A program made the translations under genes and the position numbers. A DNA stretch of 64,000 bases, from IMG/VR virus record IMGVR_UViG_3300021093_000007; one strand, given 5' to 3'. The number at the start of each line of letters is the position of its first letter. Positions within the stretch are counted from its first letter, which is position 1. Shown one piece after another: positions 21,839 to 31,499 of this stretch. The notes under the pieces are model-generated. The model did no database searches and had not been told where the DNA came from. It was given only the letters and a program-made list of their open reading frames with translations. This DNA is from a virus.

Positions 21839-22246
21839 ATGGAAGACGACTTTTATGCAACAGTTAAGTTAAAAAGTGGAGAAGAGATATTTTCAAAGGT
21901 TATGCCTTGTTTTGAAAACAATAAAACTTTATTACTTATAACAAACCCAATTACAATATCTGAAGTTACAACCAGAGGTGGATCAACAGGATACAAACTA
22001 GAACCCTGGTTAAAAACAACAAAAGAAGATATGTTTATTCTCGATATGGATGATGTCCTTACGTTAAGTGAATCAAAAGACCTTGAAATGATTATGATGT
22101 ATCAATCATGGATTAGAGACTCTACTGATTTTGATCCTAAGGATAATCCACATGGTATTAGGAAAAAGATCAATAGAAAGATGGGATACATCTCTAATGT
22201 TAATGATGCTAAAGAGATCTTAGAAAAACTCTATAAAAATAGTTAA
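21839..22246 (+). CDS. conserved hypothetical protein (Sm-like fold family)
   Basis: VKLKSGEEI...NPI...EPWL pattern shared with ORFs at 33373, 39223, 39575. Confidence 0.7.
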   Translation: MEDDFYATVKLKSGEEIFSKVMPCFENNKTLLLITNPITISEVTTRGGSTGYKLEPWLKTTKEDMFILDMDDVLTLSESKDLEMIMMYQSWIRDSTDFDPKDNPHGIRKKINRKMGYISNVNDAKEILEKLYKNS

Positions 22247-22274
22247 TATATAAACTTGAAAGCGCAACAATGCT

Positions 22275-22303
22275 ATTATATCCATTTTGGATACCTCTGT
22301 CAA
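22275..22303 (-). promoter_or_regulatory. consensus sigma70-type promoter on minus strand, antisense to the 21839 ORF and uvsW
   Basis: Plus strand reads ATTATA(22275-80)-17 nt-TGTCAA(22298-303), i.e. TTGACA-N17-TATAAT on minus. Confidence 0.75.
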
Positions 22304-22306
22304 GCC

Positions 22307-22336
22307 TTGATTCTTTTTGTATAGTAGTGTTATAAT
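22307..22336 (+). promoter_or_regulatory. sigma70-type promoter for gp55
   Basis: TTGATT-N18-TATAAT with extended -10 TG. Confidence 0.65.
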
Positions 22337-22361
22337 TTCAACAATTAATACAGTAATTTTT

Positions 22362-22856
22362 ATGGGTATCCAACCAGTGCCTAAAAGAAAGAGATCAATT
22401 CACTACGTTAATAACAAAGAATTTCTTTTAGCTTTGATTGAGTATAGAAGGCAACTTAGTTTGGCTCAAGAACGGGGAGATCCAAGACCACAGATTACAA
22501 ACTATCTGGGCGAATGCTTTTTAAAGATTGCAACACATTTATCATTCAAACCAAATTTTGTCAACTACATTTTTAAAGATGACATGATTTCTGATGGTAT
22601 TGAAAATTGTGTTATGTATATCCATAATTTTGATCCTGAAAAGTCTCAGAATCCATTTGCATATTTTACGCAAATTATACACTACGCCTTTTTACGTAGA
22701 ATTCAAAAAGAGAAAAAGCAGTTAGAAATTAAAAATAAAATTTTAGAAAGAACTGGATTTGATGAGGTTTTCTTTGATGATAACCTGATTGACGGTATGA
22801 ATTATTCTGACTATAATTCTATCAAGGACAACATTCATTCCAAATCTAGGTATTGA
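22362..22856 (+). CDS. gp55: late sigma factor gp55
   Basis: HYVNNKEFL, DDMISDGIENC, NPFAYFTQIIHYAFLRRIQKEKKQ. Confidence 0.97.
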   Translation: MGIQPVPKRKRSIHYVNNKEFLLALIEYRRQLSLAQERGDPRPQITNYLGECFLKIATHLSFKPNFVNYIFKDDMISDGIENCVMYIHNFDPEKSQNPFAYFTQIIHYAFLRRIQKEKKQLEIKNKILERTGFDEVFFDDNLIDGMNYSDYNSIKDNIHSKSRY

Positions 22857-23899
22857 TGAAAGTAGCAATTATTACAGACCAACATTTTGGTGCTCGTAAA
22901 AACTCTAAACTTTTTCATGATTATTTTTTAAAATTTTATAACGATATTTTTTTTCCAACGTTACTTAAACACGACATTAAAACTGTTGTGGACATGGGCG
23001 ATACTTTTGACAGTAGAAAAGGAATTGACTTTGCAGCTCTTGCTTGGGCAAAAGATAATTATTACGATACCCTAAAAAAACTTGGAGTTACTGTTCATAC
23101 AATAGTTGGTAATCATACAGCATATTATAAAAACACAAATGAAATTAATGCTGTAGATCTTCTGTTGAGAGAATATGAAAATGTAAAAGTATATTCAAAA
23201 CCAACTGAAGTTCAACTTGACAAACTTAAAGTTCTGTTTATCCCTTGGATTAATGAGGGTAATTATGATGAAACTTTTAAGACAGTAAAATCCACAAAAT
23301 GTAAATGTGCCATGGGGCATCTTGAGTTCTCTGGATTTCCTCCATATCGTGGGTTTACCATGCAAGAAGGTATGGATTCCAAGTTGTTTGATAAATTTGA
23401 ATTGGTTTTTTCTGGGCATTATCATACTCGTTCTGATAACGGTAAGATTTTTTATCTAGGAAATCCATATGAGATATATTCCAATGACATTGGAGATACT
23501 CGTGGATTTCATATTTTTAATACAGAGACTCGTTCTTTGCAATCAGTAAATAATCCATATACAATGCATGAGACGATTTATTATGATGATAATGACCATC
23601 AAACGTTTGATGCAAGAAACTATGAGAATAAAATTGTAAAACTTGTAGTTAAAAAAAAGACAAACGAAAAAAAATTTGATAAATTTATTGATAAACTTTA
23701 TCTAACAAATATTGCTGAATTAAAAATTGTAGAATCTTTTGCGGATTCCACAAATCTTAATGAGGAATATGATTTTGAATCGGAGGATACTGTATCTATT
23801 TTGAATAAGTATGTTGACGATTCTGAAGACTCAATAAATAAAGCGTCTATAAAAAGAATTATTCAGCAAGTATATAAACAAGCTTGTGAGATAGTCTAG
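22856..23899 (+). CDS. gp47: recombination endonuclease subunit gp47 (Mre11-like)
   Basis: TDQHFG, MGDTFD, VGNH, FSGHYH phosphoesterase motifs. Confidence 0.96.
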   Translation: MKVAIITDQHFGARKNSKLFHDYFLKFYNDIFFPTLLKHDIKTVVDMGDTFDSRKGIDFAALAWAKDNYYDTLKKLGVTVHTIVGNHTAYYKNTNEINAVDLLLREYENVKVYSKPTEVQLDKLKVLFIPWINEGNYDETFKTVKSTKCKCAMGHLEFSGFPPYRGFTMQEGMDSKLFDKFELVFSGHYHTRSDNGKIFYLGNPYEIYSNDIGDTRGFHIFNTETRSLQSVNNPYTMHETIYYDDNDHQTFDARNYENKIVKLVVKKKTNEKKFDKFIDKLYLTNIAELKIVESFADSTNLNEEYDFESEDTVSILNKYVDDSEDSINKASIKRIIQQVYKQACEIV

Positions 23900-23900
23900 T

Positions 23901-24170
23901 ATGTACATTCTTACTTTAGAAGGTAGAGAAGAGCAAGGTGCTTATTCTGTAACTAATCAAAAAGGACAACAAATTCTTTACCTCTTTGAAGAAGAAGATG
24001 ATGCCGTAAGATTTGCAATGATGTTGGAAGAAGAAGATTATCCACCAATGACTGTAATTGAAATCGATGATGATTTGATTATAAAAACATGCGAAGTTAA
24101 TCGCTATGAGTATGCAATTATTACTGAAAATGACATTGTAATTCCTCCAGAACAAAATGATATTATTTGA
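23901..24170 (+). CDS. conserved hypothetical protein between gp47 and gp46
   Basis: LYLFEEEDDAVRFAMML...DIVIPP; coupled to neighbours. Confidence 0.8.
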   Translation: MYILTLEGREEQGAYSVTNQKGQQILYLFEEEDDAVRFAMMLEEEDYPPMTVIEIDDDLIIKTCEVNRYEYAIITENDIVIPPEQNDII

Positions 24171-25869
24171 AAAAATTCGCTACAAAAACTTTTTAAGCAC
24201 AGGTAATCAATTTACCGAAATTGACTTGGCGAAGTCACCAACTACTTTAATCATTGGTAACAATGGATCTGGGAAAAGTACGATCCTTGATGCATTGACT
24301 TTTTCATTATTTGGTAAATCTTTTAGAGGAGTTAACAAACCACAATTGATCAATTCTGTAAATGAAAAAGATTGTGTTGTTGAAATTGAATTTAAAATAG
24401 GATCTAATAGTTGGAAAGTTGTTAGAGGACTTAAACCAACAATCTTTGAAATTTATAAAAACGGCGAACTTTTAAATCAAGAATCTGCTAGTAAGGATCA
24501 GCAAACTTGGTTAGAGGGAATTGTTTTGAAAATGAACTATAAGTCATTTACTCAAATTGTTATTTTGGGTAGTAGTAACTTTGTTCCTTTTATGCAATTA
24601 GCAGCAGCTACTAGAAGAGAAGTCATTGAAGATCTTTTAGATATTAAAATCTTTTCTTCAATGAACTCTGTATTAAAAGATCGAGTTAAAACTTGTAGAG
24701 ATGAAATTAAAAATTTAGAATATAAAAGAGAGTCTATTCAAGACAAACTTAACATGCAACAAAGTTTTATTGAACAGATTGAAAATATTGGAAAAAAAGA
24801 TATTCAAAATAAAAATCAAGTAATTAAAAATATAAGACAAGAAAATGAAAAGTTACTAGTTGATTCTCTTTCTTTGGAAGATACGTTAGTTCAAAAACAA
24901 GAACAATTAGTAGATTTTTCTGGTGCAACTGATAAACTTCGTAAACTTGGTAATCTAAAGGGAAAACTATCTCAAAAAATTACAACAGTAATTGAAGACC
25001 ACAAGTTTTTTACTAACAATACGGTTTGCCCAACTTGCACTCAATCTATTGAAGAAGATTTTAGAATAAATAAAATTAGTGACGCCCAAAATAGAGCAAA
25101 AGAGTTGCAGTCTGGTTATAAAGAACTAGAGGAGGCAATTAAAGAGGAGGAAGATCGAGAGCGTCACTTTACTTCACTATCTAAAGAGGTAACTAACCTA
25201 ACGCATGAAATTTCTCAAATCAATACTAAGATCTCTGGATACCAAAGACAAATCGGAGATCTTGAACAAGAAATTCAAACTATTACCGATCAACTTAAAA
25301 ACAGAAATACTGAACACGAAAAGTTAAAGGAATTAGAAGATCAATACGAAGAATTGCGTAAAGAGACTGATTCTAAAAAAGATCTTCTAATTAACTATAA
25401 TTTTGTATCTGATTTACTGAAAGATGGTGGAGTAAAAACTCAAATCATTAAAAAGTATCTACCTGTAATTAATACTCAGGTAAACAAATACTTACAAATG
25501 ATGGAGTTCTTTATTAATTTTAAACTTGATGAAGAATTTAATGAGTCAATTGAATCTCCGATTCATGATGATTTTTCTTACACTTCTTTTAGTGAAGGTG
25601 AAAGAATGCGTATTGACTTAGCACTTCTTTTTACTTGGAGAGAAATTGCAAAACTCAAAAATTCTTTGAACTGTAATTTAATTATATTTGATGAAACATT
25701 TGACTCTTCTCTAGATACATTTGGAACTGATGAGTTTATGAAAATTATTCGTTATGTAATTAAGGATGCAAATACTTTTGTTATCTCACATAAAGAAGGA
25801 ATGCGAGATAAGTTTGCTGAAGTTTTAAAATTTGAAAAAATTAAAGGATTTAGTAAGGTATCATCATGA
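24157..25869 (+). CDS. gp46: recombination endonuclease subunit gp46 (Rad50-like)
   Basis: GNNGSGKS, CPTC zinc hook, FSEGE, IFDETFDSSLD. Confidence 0.97.
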   Translation: MILFEKIRYKNFLSTGNQFTEIDLAKSPTTLIIGNNGSGKSTILDALTFSLFGKSFRGVNKPQLINSVNEKDCVVEIEFKIGSNSWKVVRGLKPTIFEIYKNGELLNQESASKDQQTWLEGIVLKMNYKSFTQIVILGSSNFVPFMQLAAATRREVIEDLLDIKIFSSMNSVLKDRVKTCRDEIKNLEYKRESIQDKLNMQQSFIEQIENIGKKDIQNKNQVIKNIRQENEKLLVDSLSLEDTLVQKQEQLVDFSGATDKLRKLGNLKGKLSQKITTVIEDHKFFTNNTVCPTCTQSIEEDFRINKISDAQNRAKELQSGYKELEEAIKEEEDRERHFTSLSKEVTNLTHEISQINTKISGYQRQIGDLEQEIQTITDQLKNRNTEHEKLKELEDQYEELRKETDSKKDLLINYNFVSDLLKDGGVKTQIIKKYLPVINTQVNKYLQMMEFFINFKLDEEFNESIESPIHDDFSYTSFSEGERMRIDLALLFTWREIAKLKNSLNCNLIIFDETFDSSLDTFGTDEFMKIIRYVIKDANTFVISHKEGMRDKFAEVLKFEKIKGFSKVSS

Positions 25870-26606
25870 AGGTTTTAGTCACTGGACATAGAGGATTTAT
25901 TGGAAGAAATGTATTCGCTGATTGGCAAACCACCCACAATCATTTGGTTGTGGGAATGGATTTTCCGTATGATATTGATAATTTTGTTGGTGATGATTAT
26001 GATTTGATTATTCATTTGGCAGCATTTGCAAATATCAGAGAAAGTCTAGAGAATCCTCAAAAGTTTTATGAGAATAATGTAGTAAAGTCTAAAAAGATAT
26101 TCGACTGGTGTAGAGAGACAAATACTAGACTTTTATATGCTTCCTCTAGTGCTGTAGAGGAAGATTATTGGGAGAATCCTTATGCTATGACAAAGTGGAT
26201 TAATGAACAAATGGCACCACCCAACTCTGTTGGGATGAGATTTACCACTGTTTATGGTCCAGACAGTCGTCCAGATATGATGTATAGGATGCTTGAAGAT
26301 AAAACTGCAACCTACGTAACCAATCATAAAAGAGATTGGATTCATGTTAATGATGTGTGTCGAGCAATTCGTTATCTTGCTAGTAGTGAAATCTGTGGAC
26401 CAGTTCCTGTTGGATCTGGTAAATCTGTCTATGTTAAAGATCTTGCAGAGAAGATGGGGATGGGTCACTTGCCAGTTAAAGAACTGACCCCAGGTGAAAG
26501 ACAAGATAATGTGGCAGATACTATAATCCTAACTAGTATTGGATGGTTCCCAACCATTAACGTTCTGGACACGATCAATGAACACCCCAAATTGGCAACA
26601 TCATAG
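25866..26606 (+). CDS. NAD-dependent epimerase/dehydratase (WcaG-like)
   Basis: VTGHRGFIG, HLAA, YASSS, YAMTK (YxxxK), RFTTVYGP, RDWIHV. Confidence 0.9.
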   Translation: MKVLVTGHRGFIGRNVFADWQTTHNHLVVGMDFPYDIDNFVGDDYDLIIHLAAFANIRESLENPQKFYENNVVKSKKIFDWCRETNTRLLYASSSAVEEDYWENPYAMTKWINEQMAPPNSVGMRFTTVYGPDSRPDMMYRMLEDKTATYVTNHKRDWIHVNDVCRAIRYLASSEICGPVPVGSGKSVYVKDLAEKMGMGHLPVKELTPGERQDNVADTIILTSIGWFPTINVLDTINEHPKLATS

Positions 26607-26751
26607 TAAAAAAGAACAAAAGCGGAAACTTAAACCGCAAGCACTTCGACAAGCAAAGGCACGACTGAGCCACTTCAAAAAGCAGCACATGACCTCCCCC
26701 AAAAAGGGAGGTTCTTCTGTAGTATACGTTCACACGATTCAAATCAAATGA
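26578..26751 (+). CDS. small basic hypothetical protein
   Basis: MNTPNWQHHSKKEQKRKLKPQALRQAKARL, recognisable cyanophage small ORF. Confidence 0.6.
   Translation: MNTPNWQHHSKKEQKRKLKPQALRQAKARLSHFKKQHMTSPKKGGSSVVYVHTIQIK
26667..26725 (+). promoter_or_regulatory. putative early promoter (degenerate palindrome, hairpin, -10 TAGTAT)
   Basis: GAGCCACTTCAAAAAGCAGCAC ~30 nt upstream of TAGTAT; similar element at 29047. Confidence 0.45.
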
Positions 26752-28898
26752 CTGTCCGCCACGAAATCAAGTCTCAACTCGCTAAACTGCTTGCTACCGA
26801 AGACCTTGTGGTTGAGCACAAGAAGGTAGAGACTGCTTGCTTTAATGTCCACACTCGTGTCCTTACTCTTCCTATGTGGGAGAAGGCAAGCAACACTGTG
26901 TACGACCTTCTGGTTGGTCACGAGGTCGGTCACGCTCTCTATACCCCCGATGAGGATTGGTTGAAGGAGCACAAGATTCCCCCGCAGTTTGTGAATGTGG
27001 TGGAAGATGCTCGTATTGAGAAACTGATGAAGCGTCGTTATGCTGGTCTTGCCAAGACCTTCTACAACGGTTATAAGGAACTTGCTGATGATGATTTCTT
27101 CCAACTTAATGACGACAATCTGGAAACCTATAATCTTGCTGACCGCGCAAATCTGTGGTTCAAGATTGGTAACTATGTGGACATTCCTGTTGAGCGTGGC
27201 GAAGAGACTGAAATCATCAACTTGATTGCGGATACCGAGACCTTTGCTGATGTTCTGATTGCAGCAGAAGCACTTTATAAGTATTGCAAGCAAAAGCAGC
27301 AAGAAGAAACCAAGACTCAAATTGACAGTCTTGAATCTCAATCTTCTGGTGCAAGTCAACAACCTGCCTCTGACTTCTCTGATCAGCAGGAAGGTGAGAA
27401 TAATCAAGAACAGCAAGATACTTCTGAATCTCCTGCATCTAGTGAAACTAAGCAAGAGAAGCAACCTAAGAATTCTCCTCAGGGTGGTGAAGAATTTGAA
27501 CCTGAAGTGAAGACGATGGATAATCTTGAGGAAGCTCTTAAGGAACTTGTAGAAAATTCGTCATTTGAAAATATTTACTTGGAACTACCTGAGTTGGATC
27601 TTGACCGAATTATTGTTCCTAATTCTGAGATTCATTCAAAATGTAATGATACTTGGAAAGAATTAATTGAAGATGTTAATCTTCGTGGGAATTCTGTTTT
27701 TGGTGAAGTTGATAAACGATATCAAGAATTTAAAAAGTCTGCTCAAAAAGAAGTTACTTATCTTGTCAAAGAATTTGAATGTCGTAAAGCAGCAGATTCT
27801 TATTCTAGGTCTTCAGTCGCTCGCACTGGTGTTCTAGACTGTTCTAAACTTCATACATATAAGTATAATGAAGATCTTTTTAGAAAAGTAACCACTCTTG
27901 CTGAGGGTAAAAATCATGGATTGGTTTTTATTCTGGATTGGTCTGGTTCAATGTCCGATGTAATGGTAGATACTATTAAGCAGTTGTTTAACTTGATCTG
28001 GTTCTGTAAAAAGGTTGCAATTCCTTTTGAGGTCTATGCGTTCACCACTGATTATCCTTTGGTCAAATATGAACCAGACGGGAAAGCAAATCTTCGTATG
28101 CTATCTTATAAAAAACGTGATGGTCTCATTCAAGTGGGAGAGTGGTTCTCTTTGATGAATATTCTGACTAGTAAAACAAATACGAAGGTTTTGGAAGAAC
28201 AAATGAAAAATATCTTCCGAATTGCACATTGTTTTGACCGTCATTTTTATTGTGGATATAGTATTCCTCCTGGTCTCAGTCTCTCTGGAACCCCATTGAA
28301 TGAATCTTTGATTGCTTTGCATCAGATTCTTCCTAAATTTCAGAAGGAAAATAAACTTCAAAAAGTTCAGTGTGTGGTTCTTACTGATGGGGAGGCTTGT
28401 AATATTGTTTATCATCGTGAAGTAAAGCGTCATTGGGAAGACAACTCGTATTTGGGCACTGCTCATATTGGTCCTAATGCTTATCTGCGAGATCGTAAAA
28501 CAGGTCATACCTATGCTTTTGATGGTAACTATCATATGATTACCGAAGTTCTACTTCAAAATCTTAGAGACAAGTTTTCTAACATTAATTTTATTGGTAT
28601 TCGTATTCTTGAACCGAGGGATGCTGGAAACTTTATCCGTCGTTACTATGGTTGGTATGGTGATGAGTTGGATAAGATGATGAGCGTTTGGAAAAAAGAA
28701 AAAGCATTTACGATCAAGAGATCTGGATATCATTCATATTTTGGTCTCTCTGCTACTGCTCTTGCACAAGGATCTGAATTTTCCATTGAAGGGGATGCAA
28801 CCAAATCTCAAATTAAAAGTGCTTTTGTTAAAAGTCTTAAAACTAAAAAAATGAATAAAAAAATTCTTAATGAGTTCATTGATCTGGTAGCCAAATGA
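26748..28898 (+). CDS. metallopeptidase-like + vWA domain protein (CobT-like partner of CobS)
   Basis: HEVGH (HExxH), NVVEDARIE, acidic linker, LDWSGSM MIDAS, LSGTPL, LTDGE. Confidence 0.88.
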   Translation: MTVRHEIKSQLAKLLATEDLVVEHKKVETACFNVHTRVLTLPMWEKASNTVYDLLVGHEVGHALYTPDEDWLKEHKIPPQFVNVVEDARIEKLMKRRYAGLAKTFYNGYKELADDDFFQLNDDNLETYNLADRANLWFKIGNYVDIPVERGEETEIINLIADTETFADVLIAAEALYKYCKQKQQEETKTQIDSLESQSSGASQQPASDFSDQQEGENNQEQQDTSESPASSETKQEKQPKNSPQGGEEFEPEVKTMDNLEEALKELVENSSFENIYLELPELDLDRIIVPNSEIHSKCNDTWKELIEDVNLRGNSVFGEVDKRYQEFKKSAQKEVTYLVKEFECRKAADSYSRSSVARTGVLDCSKLHTYKYNEDLFRKVTTLAEGKNHGLVFILDWSGSMSDVMVDTIKQLFNLIWFCKKVAIPFEVYAFTTDYPLVKYEPDGKANLRMLSYKKRDGLIQVGEWFSLMNILTSKTNTKVLEEQMKNIFRIAHCFDRHFYCGYSIPPGLSLSGTPLNESLIALHQILPKFQKENKLQKVQCVVLTDGEACNIVYHREVKRHWEDNSYLGTAHIGPNAYLRDRKTGHTYAFDGNYHMITEVLLQNLRDKFSNINFIGIRILEPRDAGNFIRRYYGWYGDELDKMMSVWKKEKAFTIKRSGYHSYFGLSATALAQGSEFSIEGDATKSQIKSAFVKSLKTKKMNKKILNEFIDLVAK

Positions 28899-29059
28899 AT
28901 TTAAAACATGTAGTTAAAGAAGAAACCAAAGAAGTATTGGTTGTGTGTGATAGTGCAATCACTGCTATGGGAGTTGGTGCCTGGGTAAAAAAATATTATC
29001 CAGGATATACTCCTAAAATAATTTCTAAACAAACTTTTGAAGGACTGGGACAATCCTAG
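28895..29059 (+). CDS. small hypothetical protein (54 aa, not in ORF track)
   Basis: MNLKHVVKEETKEVLVVCDSAITAMGVGAWVKKYYPGY...; ATGA overlap with upstream stop. Confidence 0.6.
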   Translation: MNLKHVVKEETKEVLVVCDSAITAMGVGAWVKKYYPGYTPKIISKQTFEGLGQS

Positions 29060-29104
29060 AACCGTCTACTGACAACTCTTCTTTGTCCAAAGTCCTTGTA
29101 TAAT
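29047..29104 (+). promoter_or_regulatory. putative early promoter for cobS
   Basis: GGGACAATCCTAGAACCGTCTAC degenerate palindrome followed ~30 nt later by TATAAT (29099-29104). Confidence 0.55.
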
Positions 29105-29136
29105 TACTTTGTTGAAACAAACCACCTAACTAAATT

Positions 29137-30270
29137 ATGCCTCGCAAACTTGCTTTGAAAGACGAACAACTGATTGCTTCCATTCAAGAACTTTATGGTT
29201 CTGAAATTACTTCTGGTGATCTTAGGGGTTTTTGTGCTTCTCGCGGTTTGAATTATCAGACTGTGACTCGTCGCCTTGAACAATATAAGTCTGCTCGTGG
29301 TCGCTGGAATCTTGAAGTGACTCAGGAGCGAGTTGAAGAGATTGAGCGCACCTTCCAATCACCTGCTGCTCTTCCTGCTATCGAACAAAATCTTATTCCC
29401 GACAAAGATGATACCTTCGTCCAGTTTGGTAATTTTAAAGATGTTAAGCGTATTATTCAATCCAATCTTTTTTATCCGACGTTTATTACGGGTTTGTCGG
29501 GTAACGGTAAAACGTTCAGTGTGGAGCAAGCTTGTGCTCAACTCAAGCGTGAACTCATTCGGGTAAACATTACGATTGAAACTGATGAAGATGACCTTAT
29601 TGGCGGTTTCCGTCTTGTTGATGGTGCCACTGTTTGGCACAACGGTCCAGTTATTGAAGCCCTTGAGCGAGGAGCGATCCTGCTACTTGACGAGGTTGAC
29701 CTTGCCTCCAACAAAATCCTTTGTCTACAATCCGTGCTAGAAGGTAAGGGTGTGTTCCTGAAAAAGATCGGTCGTTTCGTAAAACCTGCTGCTGGTTTCA
29801 ACGTGATTGCCACTGCTAACACCAAAGGTAAGGGTTCTGATGATGGTCGCTTCATCGGCACCAATGTGCTCAACGAAGCATTCCTTGAACGCTTCCCTGT
29901 GACCTTTGAGCAGTCCTATCCTGCTCCTGCTACTGAGCAAAAGATTCTGGAAGGTATTGCTCTGGACCTTGGTGTGGAAGACCGTGACTTCTGCAAGCGT
30001 CTGGTGGACTGGGCGGATATTATCCGCAAGACCTTTTACGATGGTGGTATTGATGAAATCATCAGCACCCGTCGCCTGGTTCATATCATCCGCGCCTATA
30101 GCATCTTCCAAGACAAGGCAAAGGCAATCCAAGTGTGTGTTAATCGTTTTGACGATGAAACCAAACAGTCCTTCCTGGAACTGTATGACAAGGTTGATGC
30201 TGACTTCAAGATGCCTACGGGGGTATCAAATGAAGTTCTTCCTAATATTGACGAACCCAGTCCTTTCTGA
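29137..30270 (+). CDS. cobS: CobS-like / MoxR-type AAA+ ATPase
   Basis: GLSGNGKT, LLLDEVD, ATANTKGKG, NEAFLERF, ISTRRL. Confidence 0.93.
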   Translation: MPRKLALKDEQLIASIQELYGSEITSGDLRGFCASRGLNYQTVTRRLEQYKSARGRWNLEVTQERVEEIERTFQSPAALPAIEQNLIPDKDDTFVQFGNFKDVKRIIQSNLFYPTFITGLSGNGKTFSVEQACAQLKRELIRVNITIETDEDDLIGGFRLVDGATVWHNGPVIEALERGAILLLDEVDLASNKILCLQSVLEGKGVFLKKIGRFVKPAAGFNVIATANTKGKGSDDGRFIGTNVLNEAFLERFPVTFEQSYPAPATEQKILEGIALDLGVEDRDFCKRLVDWADIIRKTFYDGGIDEIISTRRLVHIIRAYSIFQDKAKAIQVCVNRFDDETKQSFLELYDKVDADFKMPTGVSNEVLPNIDEPSPF

Positions 30271-30303
30271 TATAATTGGGGGAGGTCAATATGCCTCCCT
30301 TTT
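30248..30303 (+). promoter_or_regulatory. sigma70-type promoter overlapping the cobS terminator hairpin
   Basis: TTGACG(30248)-N17-TATAAT(30271), then GGGAGG-tcaatatg-CCTCCC-TTTT. Confidence 0.7.
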
Positions 30304-30325
30304 GTACTTTAGTATGAATTAAAAA

Positions 30326-30847
30326 ATGTCTAAAACTTATGATGAAGGACTTCTTGATTTGTCCTCTTTTGCGACTGCAGTAAATCAAGACTTTTGGGAA
30401 GAAGATGGAATTAGTTTGGTTGGTAATCCATTTGCATCTCCAGGTTCTTCTGATACAATTAACTTCTCTACTTCTTATGTTGGTAGTAGAGTTCAGGGTG
30501 GTTCTTACGATGACAAAGTTGAATTTAAATTGACAATGGACAACACGAACGGATTCTGGAAGTATGAGGAAGATAAGACTCTGAAAGAGGTAGAGCAGTA
30601 TCTCTCTAGCACCTATCATTCTCATTACACTTCCGAAACATCTAAAACCCAAACTCTTGATTTGATTGAGAGTATTGGAGATGCAGAAGCATTCACTCGT
30701 TCCAATGCTATCAAGTATCTCTCTCGTTTTGGTAAGAAAAATGGTAAGTCAAAGCAAGACATTCTAAAGGCAATTCACTATTGCGTTCTTCTTTATCACT
30801 TTGCTGGTCTTCATAATGAAAATAAGGGAACCTATGAAACTTTCTGA
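30326..30847 (+). CDS. DUF3310-like protein (T7 gp1.7 nucleotide-kinase-like)
   Basis: SHY...QTLDLIE...SNAIKYLSRFGKK...QDILKAIHY. Confidence 0.7.
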   Translation: MSKTYDEGLLDLSSFATAVNQDFWEEDGISLVGNPFASPGSSDTINFSTSYVGSRVQGGSYDDKVEFKLTMDNTNGFWKYEEDKTLKEVEQYLSSTYHSHYTSETSKTQTLDLIESIGDAEAFTRSNAIKYLSRFGKKNGKSKQDILKAIHYCVLLYHFAGLHNENKGTYETF

Positions 30848-31499
30848 TAAAACTCTCAATCTTCTTAAGAACTTTTCTAACATTAATCAATCTATCCTTT
30901 TTAAAAAAGGTAGAAAACTTCGTACCATCAGTGTTATGAAGAACATTCTTGCTGAAGCGGATATTACCGAAGAGATTCCTAAAGACTTTGGAATCTATGA
31001 TCTCAACCAATTCTTGAATGGACTAGATCTTCATAAAGATCCTGCTCTTGATTTTGCTAATGACAGTTATGTTGTGATTCGTGAAGGTAAAACTCGATCC
31101 AATTACTTCTTTGCTGATCCGAATGTAATCATTACTCCTCCAGAAAAAGAACTTATTCTTCCTTCTGAAGATGTATCATTTAGTATTACTTCTGATCAAC
31201 TGACTCGTCTTATCAAAGCTGCAAATATCTTCCAACTTCCAGACTTGTCCGTTATTGGTGAAGCAGGTGTTGTAAAGATTGTAGTTCGTGACAAAAAGAA
31301 CGATACCTCTAATGACTTTCAAGTTATTGTTGGTGAGACTGAACTTAACTTCTGCTTTAACTTTAAGGTAGAAAACATTAAGATCATTCCTGGAAACTAT
31401 CAGGTCAGTATCTCAAGTAAACTTTTGTCACGCTTTGACAGTAAAGACTATGACCTGAAGTATTATATTGCTCTGGAACCTGATTCAACATTCAAATGA
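30834..31499 (+). CDS. gp45: sliding clamp gp45
   Basis: LLKNFSNINQSI, FGIYDLNQFL, YYIALEPDS. Confidence 0.96.
   Translation: MKLSDKTLNLLKNFSNINQSILFKKGRKLRTISVMKNILAEADITEEIPKDFGIYDLNQFLNGLDLHKDPALDFANDSYVVIREGKTRSNYFFADPNVIITPPEKELILPSEDVSFSITSDQLTRLIKAANIFQLPDLSVIGEAGVVKIVVRDKKNDTSNDFQVIVGETELNFCFNFKVENIKIIPGNYQVSISSKLLSRFDSKDYDLKYYIALEPDSTFK

Noticed and set aside
26739-27464. 241-aa minus-strand ORF and similar antisense ORFs over cobS, gp43, gp23
   Set aside because: Fully antisense to well-supported genes, no motifs or RBS; explained by codon bias
29137-30270. cobS as a cobalamin-synthesis gene feeding the B12-radical SAM enzymes
   Set aside because: No cobN or other corrin genes in the window; CobS-like AAA+ beside a vWA protein is a common T4-like phage pair better read as a MoxR-type chaperone system
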